The notes under the pieces: model-generated | Databases searched by the model: none | Told to the model about the DNA's origin: nothing | Seen by the model: only the letters and a program-made list of their open reading frames with translations | Shown: positions 46,488-63,160 of the stretch, one piece after another | Position numbering within the stretch: the stretch's first letter is position 1 | Layout of the letters: each line of letters begins with the position of its first letter | Translations under genes and position numbers: made by a program | From: the human T2T-CHM13v2.0 reference genome, Homo sapiens | DNA length: 64,000 nt | Assembly: GCF_009914755.1 (NCBI RefSeq) | Contig: NC_060932.1 | Reading direction: 5' to 3' (one strand)

Positions 46488-47604
46488 TTAAAGGAAATAA
46501 TCTATATACATGTGCCAGTGCACACAGTAGCTGCTCAATATAGGAAAGTAGTTTGTTTCGATTCATGTGATTGTGAATCTCGAACATACCTGTGCTTGTA
46601 TCTTGTCACAGTCGCTTCGTCCCTGGATGACATCCAATCCATCCTTTCAGTCCTAGGTTAACTGATACCTCCTCTGGGAAGCAGCACCTGATTTCCAAGC
46701 CAAATAAGACATCACATGGAAATATAACCATGTCATCGCCCCATGCAAAATTATCTGGTGATTCTCCATTGCCTAGAGAACAAAATTGATGTCTCCTAAG
46801 CAAGAACAACAAGGCTCTTTCTGATTTAACAATTGCCCCCAGTTCTTCCCCAAACCCCGCCCTCATTTAATATTCCAGCCATATGCATCTATGGTGGCTT
46901 CCTGAATACAGCCAGCTCCTGCATACTTCCCTAATGCTAAGGTCCATGCCATCAAACTTAGGAGGTTGGATCAACTTGCACTTGAATTTCTGGAACACAA
47001 GCATGCAAAATGCAGAAACTGGCTGTACCCTGGTGACAGGGGAAAAGGCGTCCCTCCCATGGGTGGATCAGAAATCAAGGGCTCTGCCGCTGCTCTTTGA
47101 GGGTAGTGGGTAAGAGTGTGGTCCTTGAACAGAATCAAACCTGGCCTAACTCTTACTTGTCACTTACCAGCAATGTAATCTTGGCGTGTCTCTGAACTCC
47201 CATTTCTCTATCTGGGGGAGGGAAATGGTAAGAACACCCCTAAACTGTTAGAGGAAGGAATGTCTGGCATATAGCAGGTGCTCAATAAATGTCCATTCTT
47301 ATTAGAATTTCTGGAAGAAACAGGCAATGGTTCCCTGAAATACCACTGGACTGTCACAAGCATTTCAGTTGGGTTTCATGCACTGTCTGAAGAGATTGAT
47401 CCAAGCACCTTGGATACATCCGTAGCTCAACATTAAAAGGCCAAGGTTATATCTTCCACTCCCATCCTTCCCCTCCAGAGCCCCCCTCGGTGGAAATGAC
47501 AGAGTCAGGTAAGACACCTTCCTGGAGGAAAGCATATCTGCACTCAGGGAACATGTTCAAGAATTCAGCCTCTGCCTCTTCAGGCCTTATATGATGTATG
47601 GATT

Positions 47605-47790
47605 ACAGTATAAAAAGATCAAATATCTGGAGGCACAGGACTTGGATTCTAATCTTGGATCCTAATTCTGGCCCTGTTGGTTACCAGCTGTGTGATCTTG
47701 GCTAAGTCACCTACCCTCTGTAAGCCTCAAATTCCTCATCTGTAATATGGAGGACCTACCTCACAAATCAGATGATGAGAGGGAGAATGT
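47605..47790 (+). mobile_element. MIR
   Basis: ACCAGCTGTGTGATCTTGGCTAAGTCAC...GCCTCAAATTCCTCATCTGTAA. Confidence 0.78.
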
Positions 47791-47874
47791 TTGGGGGTAT
47801 AGCCATACTATACAGTATGGCTCAGGCCTAAGGTTCTTGAATTTGCTTGTTTTTCCTCTTGGCCTATTTTACTA

Positions 47875-48479
<605 letters not shown>

Positions 48480-49597
48480 TATTCTAGGAGTATATCCTAA
48501 TCTATACTCATTGATGTATCACCTGCATGATTTTGTCATATCCTTCTAACACCTGTATTAATACTTGCTTCATACACTTTAGTTGAGTCCATTTTTATTT
48601 ACTTTTCCAAATGAACCTTGTTTAAATGCACAGTGAAAAATACCTAATTATTAATAAAAATGTTTGTCTACATGACATTTCAAAGCATCCTGCTTATCAC
48701 AGTGAAATGCACCCCACACTTTAAGCAACAGTCATCTCAAACTAGCACAACGGGTTAGCTCTTAAATAGTTGGAATGCAAGCAATAAGGGTGACATCTGT
48801 GAGGTGGACTCTTCTTTGAGGTTTTCAGTTATAAATATTCAGCAGTACAATTCCACCAAATGCTGGTTGCATTCCTGCTGTGAACACGACACTGCTTAAC
48901 CACATAAGCTATGATGTTTTGTTGGAAAACCACAAACAGCCAGTAAAGATGGCTGATGGAGCGCCACTCAGAACAGCTTACCTATGATAAGTTCTTTCAC
49001 AGACATTCATGTCCATTTCCCTCGTTCACCAACAGGAGAGGTAGTATTAGAAGAATTTAAAACAAAAAACCAGGCCCACACGGATTGAGAGCTTGACCCA
49101 AGATCTCACAAGTTCCAGGCAGAGCTGAGAGTCCTGGAATTCAGGTCCCTGCTGCTGACCTGGACATGCCTCTGCTACATAAAGCCACAGTCTTTCCTGC
49201 TCAGGGCACTGCTGACGCCACTTTCTGCCCTGGTTTATACATTAATATTCACAAAAGCTGCTGGGAGCCTGGACTTTCATAAAACCAGCCTGCTCTCGGA
49301 CTAAAATACCCCCCTGTGGCCTAGTTACGATCCTTTCCTGTTCTCCATTAAAAAGCTCCGCAGTGGCTGAAGGGGTCTCACAAGGCTTTTAGAGGTTTAG
49401 CAAATCTTCAAAATGGACCAAGAAGAATTGGTAACTGTCTTAGCATTCTCCACAAAGTTAGAGAAACAGCAGTTAGTGGAAACAGGGCAAGGCCCAGATA
49501 ATCTGTTCCAAGGCCACGTATGACATCATAATTTAGCCTTTTGGTAATCAAAAATTTCCCAATGATCCGAACAAGTAAAGGAAAATCCCAACCCACC

Positions 49598-49998
49598 TGT
49601 ATTAGTCCATTCTCACAATGCAATAAAGAACTGCTCGAGACTGGGTAATTTATAAAGGAAAGATGTTTAATTGATTCACAGTTCCGCATGTCTGGGCAAG
49701 CCTCAGGAAACTTACAGTCATGGCAGAAGGGGAAGTAAATATGTCCTTCTTCACATGATGGCAGGAAAATAACGCAGAGCGAAGGTGGTGGGGCGGGGGC
49801 ACTGGGCAGGGAATGCCCCTTATAAAAACCATCAGCTCTTGTGAGAACTCGCTCACTATCACGAGAACAGGATGGCAAAATGGGGGAAACTGCCCCATGA
49901 TTCAGTTTTCTCCACCTGGTCCCTCCCAGGACATGTGGGGATTATGGAAACTACAATTCAAGATGAGATTTGGGAGGGGACACAGCCAAACCATATCA
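49598..49998 (-). mobile_element. THE1 (THE1C/D-like) solo LTR
   Basis: TGTATTAGTCCATTCTCAC...GACACAGCCAAACCATATCA; perfect TSD CCACC (49593-49597 / 49999-50003). Confidence 0.92.
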
Positions 49999-50890
49999 CC
50001 ACCCTCTCTTTTTACCAGAATTAATTATTAATGTTTTCGCCTTTCCTTTTGCCCCATGTGTGAGGTCATAAAAAAAAATTATGCTGGGGGCCAGGAATCG
50101 TGGGTCTTAAGTTCTGCCCTGATACCACCTAGCCACGGGCCCAGGCAGGCTCTAAGGAGCTGGCCCACGGTGTAGTACGGAATTCCGGTGCTGAGGGAAA
50201 CAGACATATCTTTTCATCCTACCTCATCTTGCCCTTTGGATGAGTTGTTTTAAATTTCTCTGAGCCCCACCTTTCTTACCTCTAAAACCTATCTCAAAGG
50301 TGTTGATACGGATTAAAGAACAAAATGATGTAAAACACTGATCCCAGCCACAGCACAAAGCAAGAGGTAAATAAATAGTAGCTGGTATTGCTACTGCCAA
50401 TTCAGATAGTCTGGGCCTCGGACCAGGTTATATGAATATATGTAATGAACAGCTCTTGACTTCAGTGATTATGGATTTATCACCCAGAACAGAATGAGTG
50501 GGGAAACATCATGCAGCTGACAGACAAGCTCATCACAATTTAATTTCCAAATACATAAATTTTTCTGGCTTTGAAGGGTTATTCAAAGGGTGCCTTGAGA
50601 AAATGTCAACCAGCATAATTTTAAATATGGCCGGTTCTTGACTAGTGGTGGAAAAGGAAGTCAGGAAAAATGGAAATAAATACCATTGATGAATAATTAT
50701 TATTTTAGCCTGCACCTTCAACTTCCAGGTCAGAACTTTAAAAGTGTGTTTACCTGATTTGAGTTTCACCCAGTTATCTTCCCTGGTTTTTCCTTTACTG
50801 TAGGGAAATAGCCCAGGTTAGGCAGCCAGAGAGAGGCAAGAGAAGACAGGAGGTCCTGAGGCCCATATTTTGTAAGATAGAGTTGCCTGA

Positions 50891-51314
<424 letters not shown>

Positions 51315-53154
51315 TGATACAACCAAAACTTTGAAAACCACTGATGTTAGGCCACATTATAAGCATGTAATAAATGCCACGTATACTTATCTCAGTAGGA
51401 TTTCTTCCTGTCTCTAGTAGAAATTTATGGTCAAGGAGGAGTAAAGGACAAGCAAACAAACCATCCTAATAATTGTACAGCCAAAGAATACAGGTGAAAA
51501 CAAAGTACAGTGGTGTCCCAAGGCAGGGGTGATTAGCCTACTTGAGGGCACAGAGGGACAGTTGTCAGAAAGATTTTCCCCAAGTGGAAGCTTCACCTCA
51601 TTTTCCAAGTGGGTGAAGTGGGTGAAGTTTAGCAGTTAATGGATGGATGGGGAAACAGAACACAAGCAGGAAGAATAACATGAACAAAGCAGAGAGGCTC
51701 ATTTGAGGAGCTGCATTGGTTCTGTATGTGGCTGGAAGGCAGGGAGTGAGGTTTGGAGGGATAGCGGAAACATTTCTTCTCAGCTGTGCAAAATTACAAA
51801 TCATACTTTTCTTCCTCAAAGAAGGAAAGCGATCTCAAGTTTCTGGCATGAGAAAGCATAAACAAATCTCTAGGCTCTACTCTGACTTGATGGTTTTTTC
51901 CTTTTCCTGATTTTAAAACTCACTTGCATCCCACACCAAACCCAAGTAGATGCTAAATATAGTCGGCTCTTTGAGCCTTTTCCATTTACTCTGCTGAGTC
52001 AGTCTTTTCAATTGTGATTTATGCTCAAATTGTGGTTGAGTTAATTTAGTCAATTAACTTCAGTGAAACCAAAGGTTTATTTTCCATAAAGAATTTTCTT
52101 CTTATGCTTTTGAGATATTGTTATAATGAGTTTTGTTATATGCTTATGGATCAACTATTTTAATTGGGTCTATTTCACTTATCTATTACTGTGTAACAAA
52201 CCATCCCAACATTTAATGGCTTAAAACAACAACCTTTGTATTTGCTCACTCTCTGATATTCAGACTGGGCTTAGTTGGATAAGGTTTCTGCTGATCTTGA
52301 TGATGATCACTAATTGGCTGAATTCAGTGTGAGTTGGATGGGGGCTGGGCTCCACTGAGATGCTGAGATGGCAGGGTTTTTCTAAGGCCTTTTTATATAG
52401 CCCCTCTAGCAAGGTAATTAGACTTTTTATATGGCAGATCACAGCATCCGGAAGCACCAAAGCAGAAGCTGACAGTACTTCTTAAGGCTCAGAACTGGCA
52501 CAGTGTCACTTCTGCTGCATTTGATGAGTTAAAGCAAGTCATAAACCCAGACCAGATTCATGGGAAGGGGATTACACAAGGTTATGAATACTAAGAGGCA
52601 TAGCTTATTGGGGCCACCAATAAAACAAACTGCAACAGTTTGCTCTCTGGTTTCCAGTGGCTCACAGCCCTCCCACGTGCAAAATACTCTCAACTCTCTC
52701 CCAAGACCCCTAAGAGTCTTACCATATTACAGCAGCAGTCTGGCTCAAGGTTCAAGATCTTGTCATCTAAACCAAGTCCAGGTGTAGATAAGACTCCTTG
52801 GGTATATTTCTTCTAGATCTGAAGACAAATTGTTTCGCCCCATATACCAGTGAGACCAGCATACAATAATCACAGCAGACTCTCATCTAAATGAAGGAGA
52901 ATGGAAGGAATGCAGGACTTGCCAGTCCACAGCAATTCTGAAGTCCAGACAGGCATATATCACCAATTACCCCTGCTCCAGGGACAGTTATGTTCCTAGG
53001 GAGTGGTTCTTCATGGTTCCTTACTCTGCTTTCTGACTATTTCTTCTTTTCCCATAAGGGATGGCCAGTGTCTGTAGGTGAATAGCTTTCTCATCCTGTT
53101 TCCTGCCTTTAGAAAGAGTCCAGAGGCCTCTTTTCAAGTTGAGCTGTTTCTTTT

Positions 53155-53530
53155 CTTTCCTTTTTTTTTTAATTTATTTTACTTTAAGTTCTGGGATACT
53201 TGTGCAGAACGTGCAGATTTTTTACACAGGTATACATGTGCCATGGTGGTTTGCTGCACCTATCAACCTGTCATCTAGGTTTTAAGCCATGCATGCATTA
53301 GCTATTTGTCCTAATGCTCTCCCTCCCCTTGCCCCCCACCCCCTGATAGGCCCCAGTATGTCATGTTCCCCTCCCTGTGTCCATGTGTTCTCATCGTTCA
53401 GCTCCCATTTATGAGTGAGAACATGCGGTGTTTGGTTTTCTGTTCCTGTGTTAGTTTGCTGAGAATGATGGCTTCCAGCTTCATCCATGTCCCTGCAAAG
53501 GACATGAACTCATTCTTTTTTATGGCCGCA
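53155..53530 (-). mobile_element. 5'-truncated L1PA8-like 3' end
   Basis: L1PA 3'UTR; perfect TSD GAGCTGTTTCTTTT (53141-53154 / 53531-53544). Confidence 0.93.
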
Positions 53531-53817
53531 GAGCTGTTTCTTTTAGTACAACTCTGTGTTTCTGCTAATATAGTTCTCTTCAAGACTATGTAGGATTCCT
53601 ATAAGTCTTATTAGGTTTCATGCCATTAGATAAGAGCTATACTCACAAATCTCTTTGTGACAGACCTCTTTATACTTTGGGTCAGAGTACTATGAGAAGA
53701 TGTCCTTTAGATTCTTGGAAACACTTTTATCTAGTGCTGAGGTTCTAGGAGGTTCTACTGCTAATCTTTCTGGGGTCTTAACAAAGGGTCTTATAGCCAC
53801 ACTTGTGACTTGATCTT

Positions 53818-54142
53818 TTATTTTTTTTATTTTTTTATTTTTTATTTTTTTTTGAGATGGAGTCTCACTCTGTCACCTAGGCTGGAGTGCAGTGGTGTGA
53901 TATCGGCTCACTGCAACCTCTGCCTCCCAGGTTCAAGCAATTCTCTGCCTCAGCCTCCTGAGTAGCTGTGACTACAGGCACCCACCAGCACGCCCGGCTA
54001 ATTTTTTGGTATTTTTAGTGGAGACGGGGTTTCACCATCTTGGTCAGGTTGGTCTTGAACTCCTGACCTCGTGATCCACCCACCTCGGCCTCCCAAAATG
54101 CTGGGATTACCAGCATTTTGGTGTGAGCCACCACGCCCGGCC
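53818..54142 (-). mobile_element. Alu (AluSc/Sg-like) with an inverted micro-insertion
   Basis: TSD TGTGACTTGATCTT (53804-53817 / 54143-54156). Confidence 0.95.
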
Positions 54143-55213
54143 TGTGACTTGATCTTGACTCACATGTTCCATTTTACTGGTAGCATCTTAGATTTGATCT
54201 TTCTTCCCCCAAGGCCATTTGGGAACCTTTTGCAGACTGGAAAAGCTGCAAGGGGAGAGAGTTTTATTTTCCAACTCAGTAAGTCCTGGGTTGGAAAGTT
54301 TTCCTGTGTTGACACTTTTATTTTTTATCCTTCTCTCTCTATTTGTGCCTTATCAGGCACAGCTAAAAGAAGACAGTTAGCACTTTCAACGTTCTGTCTG
54401 GAAATAGTCTCTTAGTCAGATCCCCAAGTTCTTTAGACACATTTGCTATCTTTTATAGTCAACATGTTGCCAAACTTTCAACCACTACATGACACAGATT
54501 GTTTTTTCTCCAGACTCTAATACCAACTGCTCACTGCCCTTCCAGCCTTCACTAAGTCTCCTGGAGCCTCCTCCAGCTTCTACTCACCACCCAGGCCAAA
54601 AGCCATGGCCACTAGCTTTGTGTTCTTGTTACAGAAGAAACCACATCTGAGAGCTAACTTCTATTTGGTTAGCTATTGCTGCATAACAAACCGCCCCCAA
54701 ATTTAGTGGCTTAAAATGACAATCATTCCATTTTCTCACAGTTCTGGAATCTGGTTTGGGGCTCAACTGAGCAGTTCTTCTGCTGGTCTTTACAGTGGTC
54801 ACTTTTGTGGCTGCATTTAGCTACAGGAAAGCTGGGCCTGGGGTCAGCTATTGTTTTCAGCCAATTTGATCTCTCCCTCCTCCCCTACCCTCCTCTCTCT
54901 CCTCTCTCCTCTCCTCTATCTCTCTCTCTCTCTCTCTCATTCCATGTAATCTCAGGGCTTCTCCTCATGTGGATTTGCCATGTGATCTCTTCAGTGGCAA
55001 CCAAACTTCTTACATGGCAGCTTAAGATTCCCAAGAGTACAAAAGAAGAGGTCATTAGGACTTCTTAAGACTGAGGCCTGCAATGAGCATAGTACCACTT
55101 CTGCCACGATCTAAAGAAAATCATCCTCAGCACAGATTCAAAAAGAAGGAACTACACAAGGGAGCCCCCAAACTCAGAACTTGCCCTAGATGGTCCTGCG
55201 TGTGTGGTTATTA

Positions 55214-55654
<441 letters not shown>

Positions 55655-56028
55655 TTAAATCATTCATAAATTATTTTCGGAAGGGGTGAATATCTTTACT
55701 CCTGGACCTAGGTGTCACTGTTTTCTACCCTTATCTGTAGAAGGGGAGAGTTTCCACTCAGCTACTTCAGCGGGTGGGTTGTGAAACTAAAACGAGATCC
55801 TTTGCATGAAGATGCTTTGCGAACCAAGATACATGTTGAGCATCATCAAGATCTCAAGATCACAGTCCCTCCTGGTCTGCGGAGGTCCCAAGAGTACTGA
55901 AAGTGGCCTGACTGCTCTACACACTCAGAACTTCCCATGGGATTGAGCAATGGAAACTACCATTCAAATTTCATTGCCGGCTTGTAACAGAGTAATTTAC
56001 CAATGGACAGACTCAAAATTTTATAAGT

Positions 56029-56070
<42 letters not shown>

Positions 56071-56091
56071 TGTGCACGCGCATATGTGTGT
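56029..56091 (+). repeat. Compound (TC)n(TG)n microsatellite
   Basis: TCTC...TGTG...CACGCGCATATGTGTG. Confidence 0.95.
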
Positions 56092-57929
56092 GGTGTATAC
56101 TTTTCTTTCTTATAACATCTCCTTCTTTCTGGCTTTTCCATCTTTCCTTTTCTATTATCCAGTCTTTCCTTGGAGCTCCGACTACAAGAGTCCCGTTTTT
56201 CCAGATTCGTCTCAGCCTGGTATCTTTCACCTGCAGCACTACTTCTGCAGCATCTGGGTGCTATCAATTTTGATATATATTGTTTTTTCTTCAGCTTCAG
56301 TAAAATTTTTAAAAATCTACTAAAAAAAAAGAACTCTAGAGGGCAGAGAAAAATGAGCTATTCTTATTTACAGTGAAATCCATCACTGGAACTGCTGTCT
56401 GGGGTTAATAAAAAGACTTCTGGAAGACAAGGCATTTAACTATTCCCACAGCAACAAGGGAATCAGGCATTTCTCTGTGACCCAATAGTTGTTTATGGAA
56501 GTACCAACTCCCAGGCAAATAACATAAAATTTAGAGACCAAAGACCTCGGTGTTAAAGAACCATCTCTGTCATTCATTGTGATCTTGAAGTTCTCAGAAT
56601 TCAAGCTCCCTGCCTAGGAAACCTCTGGATGAATCATCAGAGACCTCTGGATGAATTATGATCACTGTTTCTGAACAGATGCTGAGGGTTACGGGTGACA
56701 GTACCAGAGGTGAAGGGTCAAGCAGGGCACACACACAGCAGGCCCTTCTGGAACATTGACAGGGAGGGGAGAAATTCAGAGAAAAGACCCATCGCAGGTA
56801 TGTGAGCCCTGTTGCCCATTGCATTCAAACAGCACAGAAGAATCTAGCAGGGCCAAACGTCAAGCATTGGAAGAGAAACCTCAGTCTTTTGGCTGTAGGG
56901 CTTTAAAAAAAAAAAATTTGCATGATTGAGAGAGTATAAGCTGCTCCCATGGTGTGATCAAGGGCTGGGGTCCAAACCCATGGTCCCAGCAATATGATGT
57001 GGCAGAACCTTGGCCTCCATTTTTGGGTCATCACCTCAGCACTTAGCAGTTGGCAAAATCAAAAGGCTGGGGTCAAGCTTTGGGGGCTGCAGCTGCATAA
57101 CAACATAGAACCTCCATATGCAGCCCAGGTCTATGGTCTACTAACTCAGTATTTTAGGTTGGGTGAGCATCAATCCAACCAAACCGCCACTTCAGAATTC
57201 TACCATAAGTTGGGTTGATTGTCTTAAACTCACAGCAGTAGCTGGTTTCTGTGGAGTGTTTCAGGGGCCAGCCTGTGAGGAACCAGACTTGGATAAATTA
57301 GCCCTTACTTTTCAGTGGGGTAATAAAGAATACTACTTTTTCCCATTTGAGTTCTGAACTTTTTGAGAAAATAAATAAGCCAGGTAGTTGAAGATAAAAA
57401 TAACAGCCTTACAGCTGATAAAGGTAGGGGTGGAAATATGGCTGAGGTATGCCGCAACGATGGGCTTCCTAATTTTGCACCCCAGAACTAGGCCAAGCTA
57501 CCAAATGTCAGGAATCTTTTGTAAAGCATGGGTCTCCCTCTGCAAGAATAAAATGTTTCCTAATACAATTATTAATGGCCAATTTCTCTGTAGGGAGGCT
57601 GATTGCAAAGGAGACCTAGCCAGTGCCAAGTTTCCCACCTCACCCCACAACACAACCATCATAAATAAAATGTGGTAGATATAGAGGTGGTAGATATAGA
57701 CAACCCAGGGAAGGGGAGGAGTCAGGCCAGGGGCTGAGAAAGGCTAAGGCTACAGTCAACAGCCTATCAGAAAAAGGTGCCGGGATATCAAGTATCTCCT
57801 CTTAACCAATTCTGAGGAAGCCAGCGGATATTAGTCAGTCCTGTTTCACATGAGAAAAGAGCTGTGTCTGAAGTTTTCCATCAAATGAAAGCCCCCATTT
57901 TTTACCCTATGGATGTTTAGTGTTATTGT

Positions 57930-58241
<312 letters not shown>

Positions 58242-58561
58242 TGTTCAGTGTTATTATAAGATAACAGCTGTTCCAATGACAAAGCCACTTCCCATGCAAA
58301 GTTTCATTCAATCTTAAAGCAAATCTGAGATCATAATAATGTGTAGTACTCATTTTTCATATGAGCTAAATGACTTGCCTAGGATCTCACAAGACCTAAG
58401 ACTTAGATTTAAATATTATTTCAATAATCCCACAGGAGTTTCATAAGACTTTATCAGCTTCTCATAACACAAGAAAATATTGGGAGGATCCAAATCATTG
58501 CATTTCAGTATATTCATTTTAGGAGTAGCAGTGGCACAAATAACTTTAAAATTTGTTTTTT

Positions 58562-58806
58562 AGCTGGGCGTGGTGGCTTACACTTGTAATCCCAACACCT
58601 TGGGAGGTTGAGGTGGAAGGATTGCTTGAGGACAAGAGTTTGAGGCCAGCCTGGGCGACATAGTGAGACTTCATCACTACAAAAAAAAAAAAAAAAAAAA
58701 AGCTAGGCACAGTGGTACATCCCTATAGTCCCAACTACTGGAGAGGCTGAGGCAGGATGATAGCTTGAGCCCAGGAATTTGAGGTTGCAGTGAGCCCTGA
58801 TCACAC
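58562..58806 (+). mobile_element. AluJ, 3'-truncated, with an expanded middle A tract
   Basis: Stops at GTGAGCCCTGATCACAC without a tail. Confidence 0.9.
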
Positions 58807-59011
58807 TTAACTTTCATCAGAAATGTGTCTGACAGACTGAAAATTCAATACTTAAAATAATTAAGTGACACAATAAATGCCGAAAGGGAAAGTGGAATGT
58901 TTTCACTTTCCCACTATTTTTCAGGTCAAAACATGTACAGGTTCCAATTTTTTTTTCGAATATTTTACAACCAAATTGAAGGGAGGAGAAAGACTGTTAA
59001 AAACTGGTGTC

Positions 59012-59560
<549 letters not shown>

Positions 59561-60289
59561 TACTATTAACATAGCTGTGGAAAAGCAAAAGCCTTCAGCT
59601 GTGAAATTGCTGTATATTAATATCTTCTTACGTGACTGGTGGCTAGGCTTATCAGCAGCAACCATTCCCCTCAGAGACTCAAGGCACAAAAAGAACCCTG
59701 AAGAATCGTGAATAGTTTAAATCTACTCATTTATCTTTAATGAGTTTACAACTCTCTCATCAAGACTTCAGAAGTTCAAAATTGATAATGATCCTAATTT
59801 TTAAAACCACATAGAAAGAGGAATAATCTATAGTATTGTATTATGACAAATACCAAAGACACAACAAATGAATTAGAAATAGCCTTTGCATTCTAGGAGC
59901 TCAATGTTGAGGCATGGCACAACTGAGGTAAAACAGAGTGTTCATGGTATCCACAGGGAGCCACGAAATCATGGAGAATTTAATTCACTAATTTAAACCG
60001 AACTGATGTCTTGCCCTCTAAGATTGCTACTTGCACTTTTCCTCAACTGGAATAATTCAACGTTTTTATTTTAAAAGGTTGCATTTACATTAAGTCTTAC
60101 TGCAGAGTAAAGATTAACTAATATGAATACTAGCAAAGTGACTTATTGCCCAATACGTTGAATTATGTAAAAACAAAAAAGTATAACATAATGCTTTACT
60201 AGAACTTGGCAGCAACACTGTGAACTTTGTGGGTCACTCAGAATCCCAGAATCCTGGAGCTTGCAGAATACCCAAAAGACTGCAAATCT

Positions 60290-60598
60290 GGCCGGGCGGT
60301 GGCTCATGCCTGCAATCCCAGCACTTTGGGAGGCTGAGGCAGACGGACCACTTGAGGTGAGGAGTTCAAAACCAGCCTGGCCAACATGGTGAAACCCTGT
60401 TTCTACTAAAAATACAAAAAATTAGCAGGCGTGGTGGCAGTCGCCTGTAATCCCAGCTACCGGGGAGGCTGATTCAGGAGAATCGCTTGAACCCAGGAAG
60501 CGGAGGTGGCAGTGATCGTGTCACTACACTCCAGCCTTGGTGACAAGAGCGAGATCTTATTCCAAAAAATAAATAAATAAATAAAATAAAAAATAAAT
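60290..60598 (+). mobile_element. Alu (AluS)
   Basis: TSD AGACTGCAAATCT (60277-60289 / 60599-60611). Confidence 0.95.
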
Positions 60599-61390
60599 AG
60601 ACTGCAAATCTCTCCGATACCATAAGAGTCTCAAGAGAAAGAATTGGATCTCATGATTCTGTTGACTCACCTTCCTCATAATTTGGTTCATTGTTGGACA
60701 CCAAATACATCATGGGGAAAGTACATGAAGAAAATACTTATTTTGAATTGCATTTTGAATTTCTAAATTTTGCAGAGACAAAGAGAAAGGCTGAATCTCA
60801 GTCAGTTAAACTATTTATTAGCTGTCTGAGTGGGAAGAATATTGCAGGAAGATATAATTACAAAACCTGATATAGCCAGGATTCAGCTTAGAGCTTTCAG
60901 CCTGTTTATAAAATATGCCAAATATGAGATGGCAGGCAAAGGGTAATGTGTTAATAGCAGATAGGCAAAACACTGGCTGCAATTTCAGGAAAAGACTAAA
61001 CAGAACAGCTCTACAACATACTTTGTCTCTTGGAATCTAACTGCTTAGAAAGGCCTAGAAATAAATAAGGAAAGTTTATTTTAGGCATCTTCAGCATTGT
61101 CCCTCTAAAATCTTTTATTTCATACACTGGGAAATATAAATACTAAAAGCATGGTACCAACCACCAGAATGTTTACTCTGTGAATTTAAAACCCCTAAAT
61201 TATCCACCCCTCCCTTCAATTGCCTAACATAATACCACCCCAGAGTTGCAAAATTTGAAGAAGGGGAAAAAAAGCCTAAAATTTGGAATCAAAAGAGCTG
61301 TATTTAAATAAAGCTCTAGCTACTTAAGCAGCTACTCAACTCTTCTTATCTGTTGCCTTTACCTATTTGGCTATAAAAATGTTATTATTA

Positions 61391-61761
<371 letters not shown>

Positions 61762-62054
61762 TTATTTGGAATATATCTTTTCTCCCCTACCTCTACAACG
61801 ATGCGTCTTCGTCTTCAACCCTGTTTTGTTTTGTTTTTTTTTTTTTTTTGCCCTTACCTTTTACTTGTCTTGTCATCCGGAAAAATTCAACACTTATTGC
61901 ATAGCGTGCAACATCTGTGATCGTTGCAAAGGGAAATACAAAGGTAAATAAGATCTAATTTCTGCCTTCAAGGAACTTATGATTTAATAGAAGGGATACA
62001 GGTACCAAAAATGCCTATAAGGCATAACCTGGAAGGGCAAATCATTATATTAAT

Positions 62055-62280
62055 GATCTCCGTGTCCATGTCCCTTTACAATATGGCATAGTCATTTCTT
62101 ACATCAGAAAGGTGGCATCAATTTCTCCATCCCCTTGAATTTGGGCTGTTTTTTAAAACTTGTTTTGATAAAGGGTCAAAGGTGGCAGGAGTGACAGTGC
62201 AATATCTAGGACCCGGGCAACCCATGAGACCTCATGGCTTCTGCATTTATTCATTAGGTACCCGACTGCCACATGAAGAT
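62055..62280 (+). mobile_element. MLT1-family LTR fragment
   Basis: ATTTCTCCATCCCCTTGAATTTGGGCTG...GGCAGGAGTGACAGTG...CTGCCACATGAAGA. Confidence 0.55.

Positions 62281-63160
<880 letters not shown>

Larger units (their letters stand above)
52171..55190 (-). mobile_element. Two-LTR MLT1 (MLT1H/G-like) MaLR provirus: LTR 52171-52637, internal region, LTR 54662-55190
   Basis: Both ends share CTATT(A/G)CTG..TAACAAACC...ATTTA.TGGCTTAAAA and CACTTCTGC...CAGATTCA...TACACAAGG; flanks GGGTC / TGGTC. Confidence 0.75.

Noticed and set aside
53155-53530. Apparent duplication of 8040-8385
   Set aside because: Independent L1PA 3' end with its own TSD and different diagnostic bases
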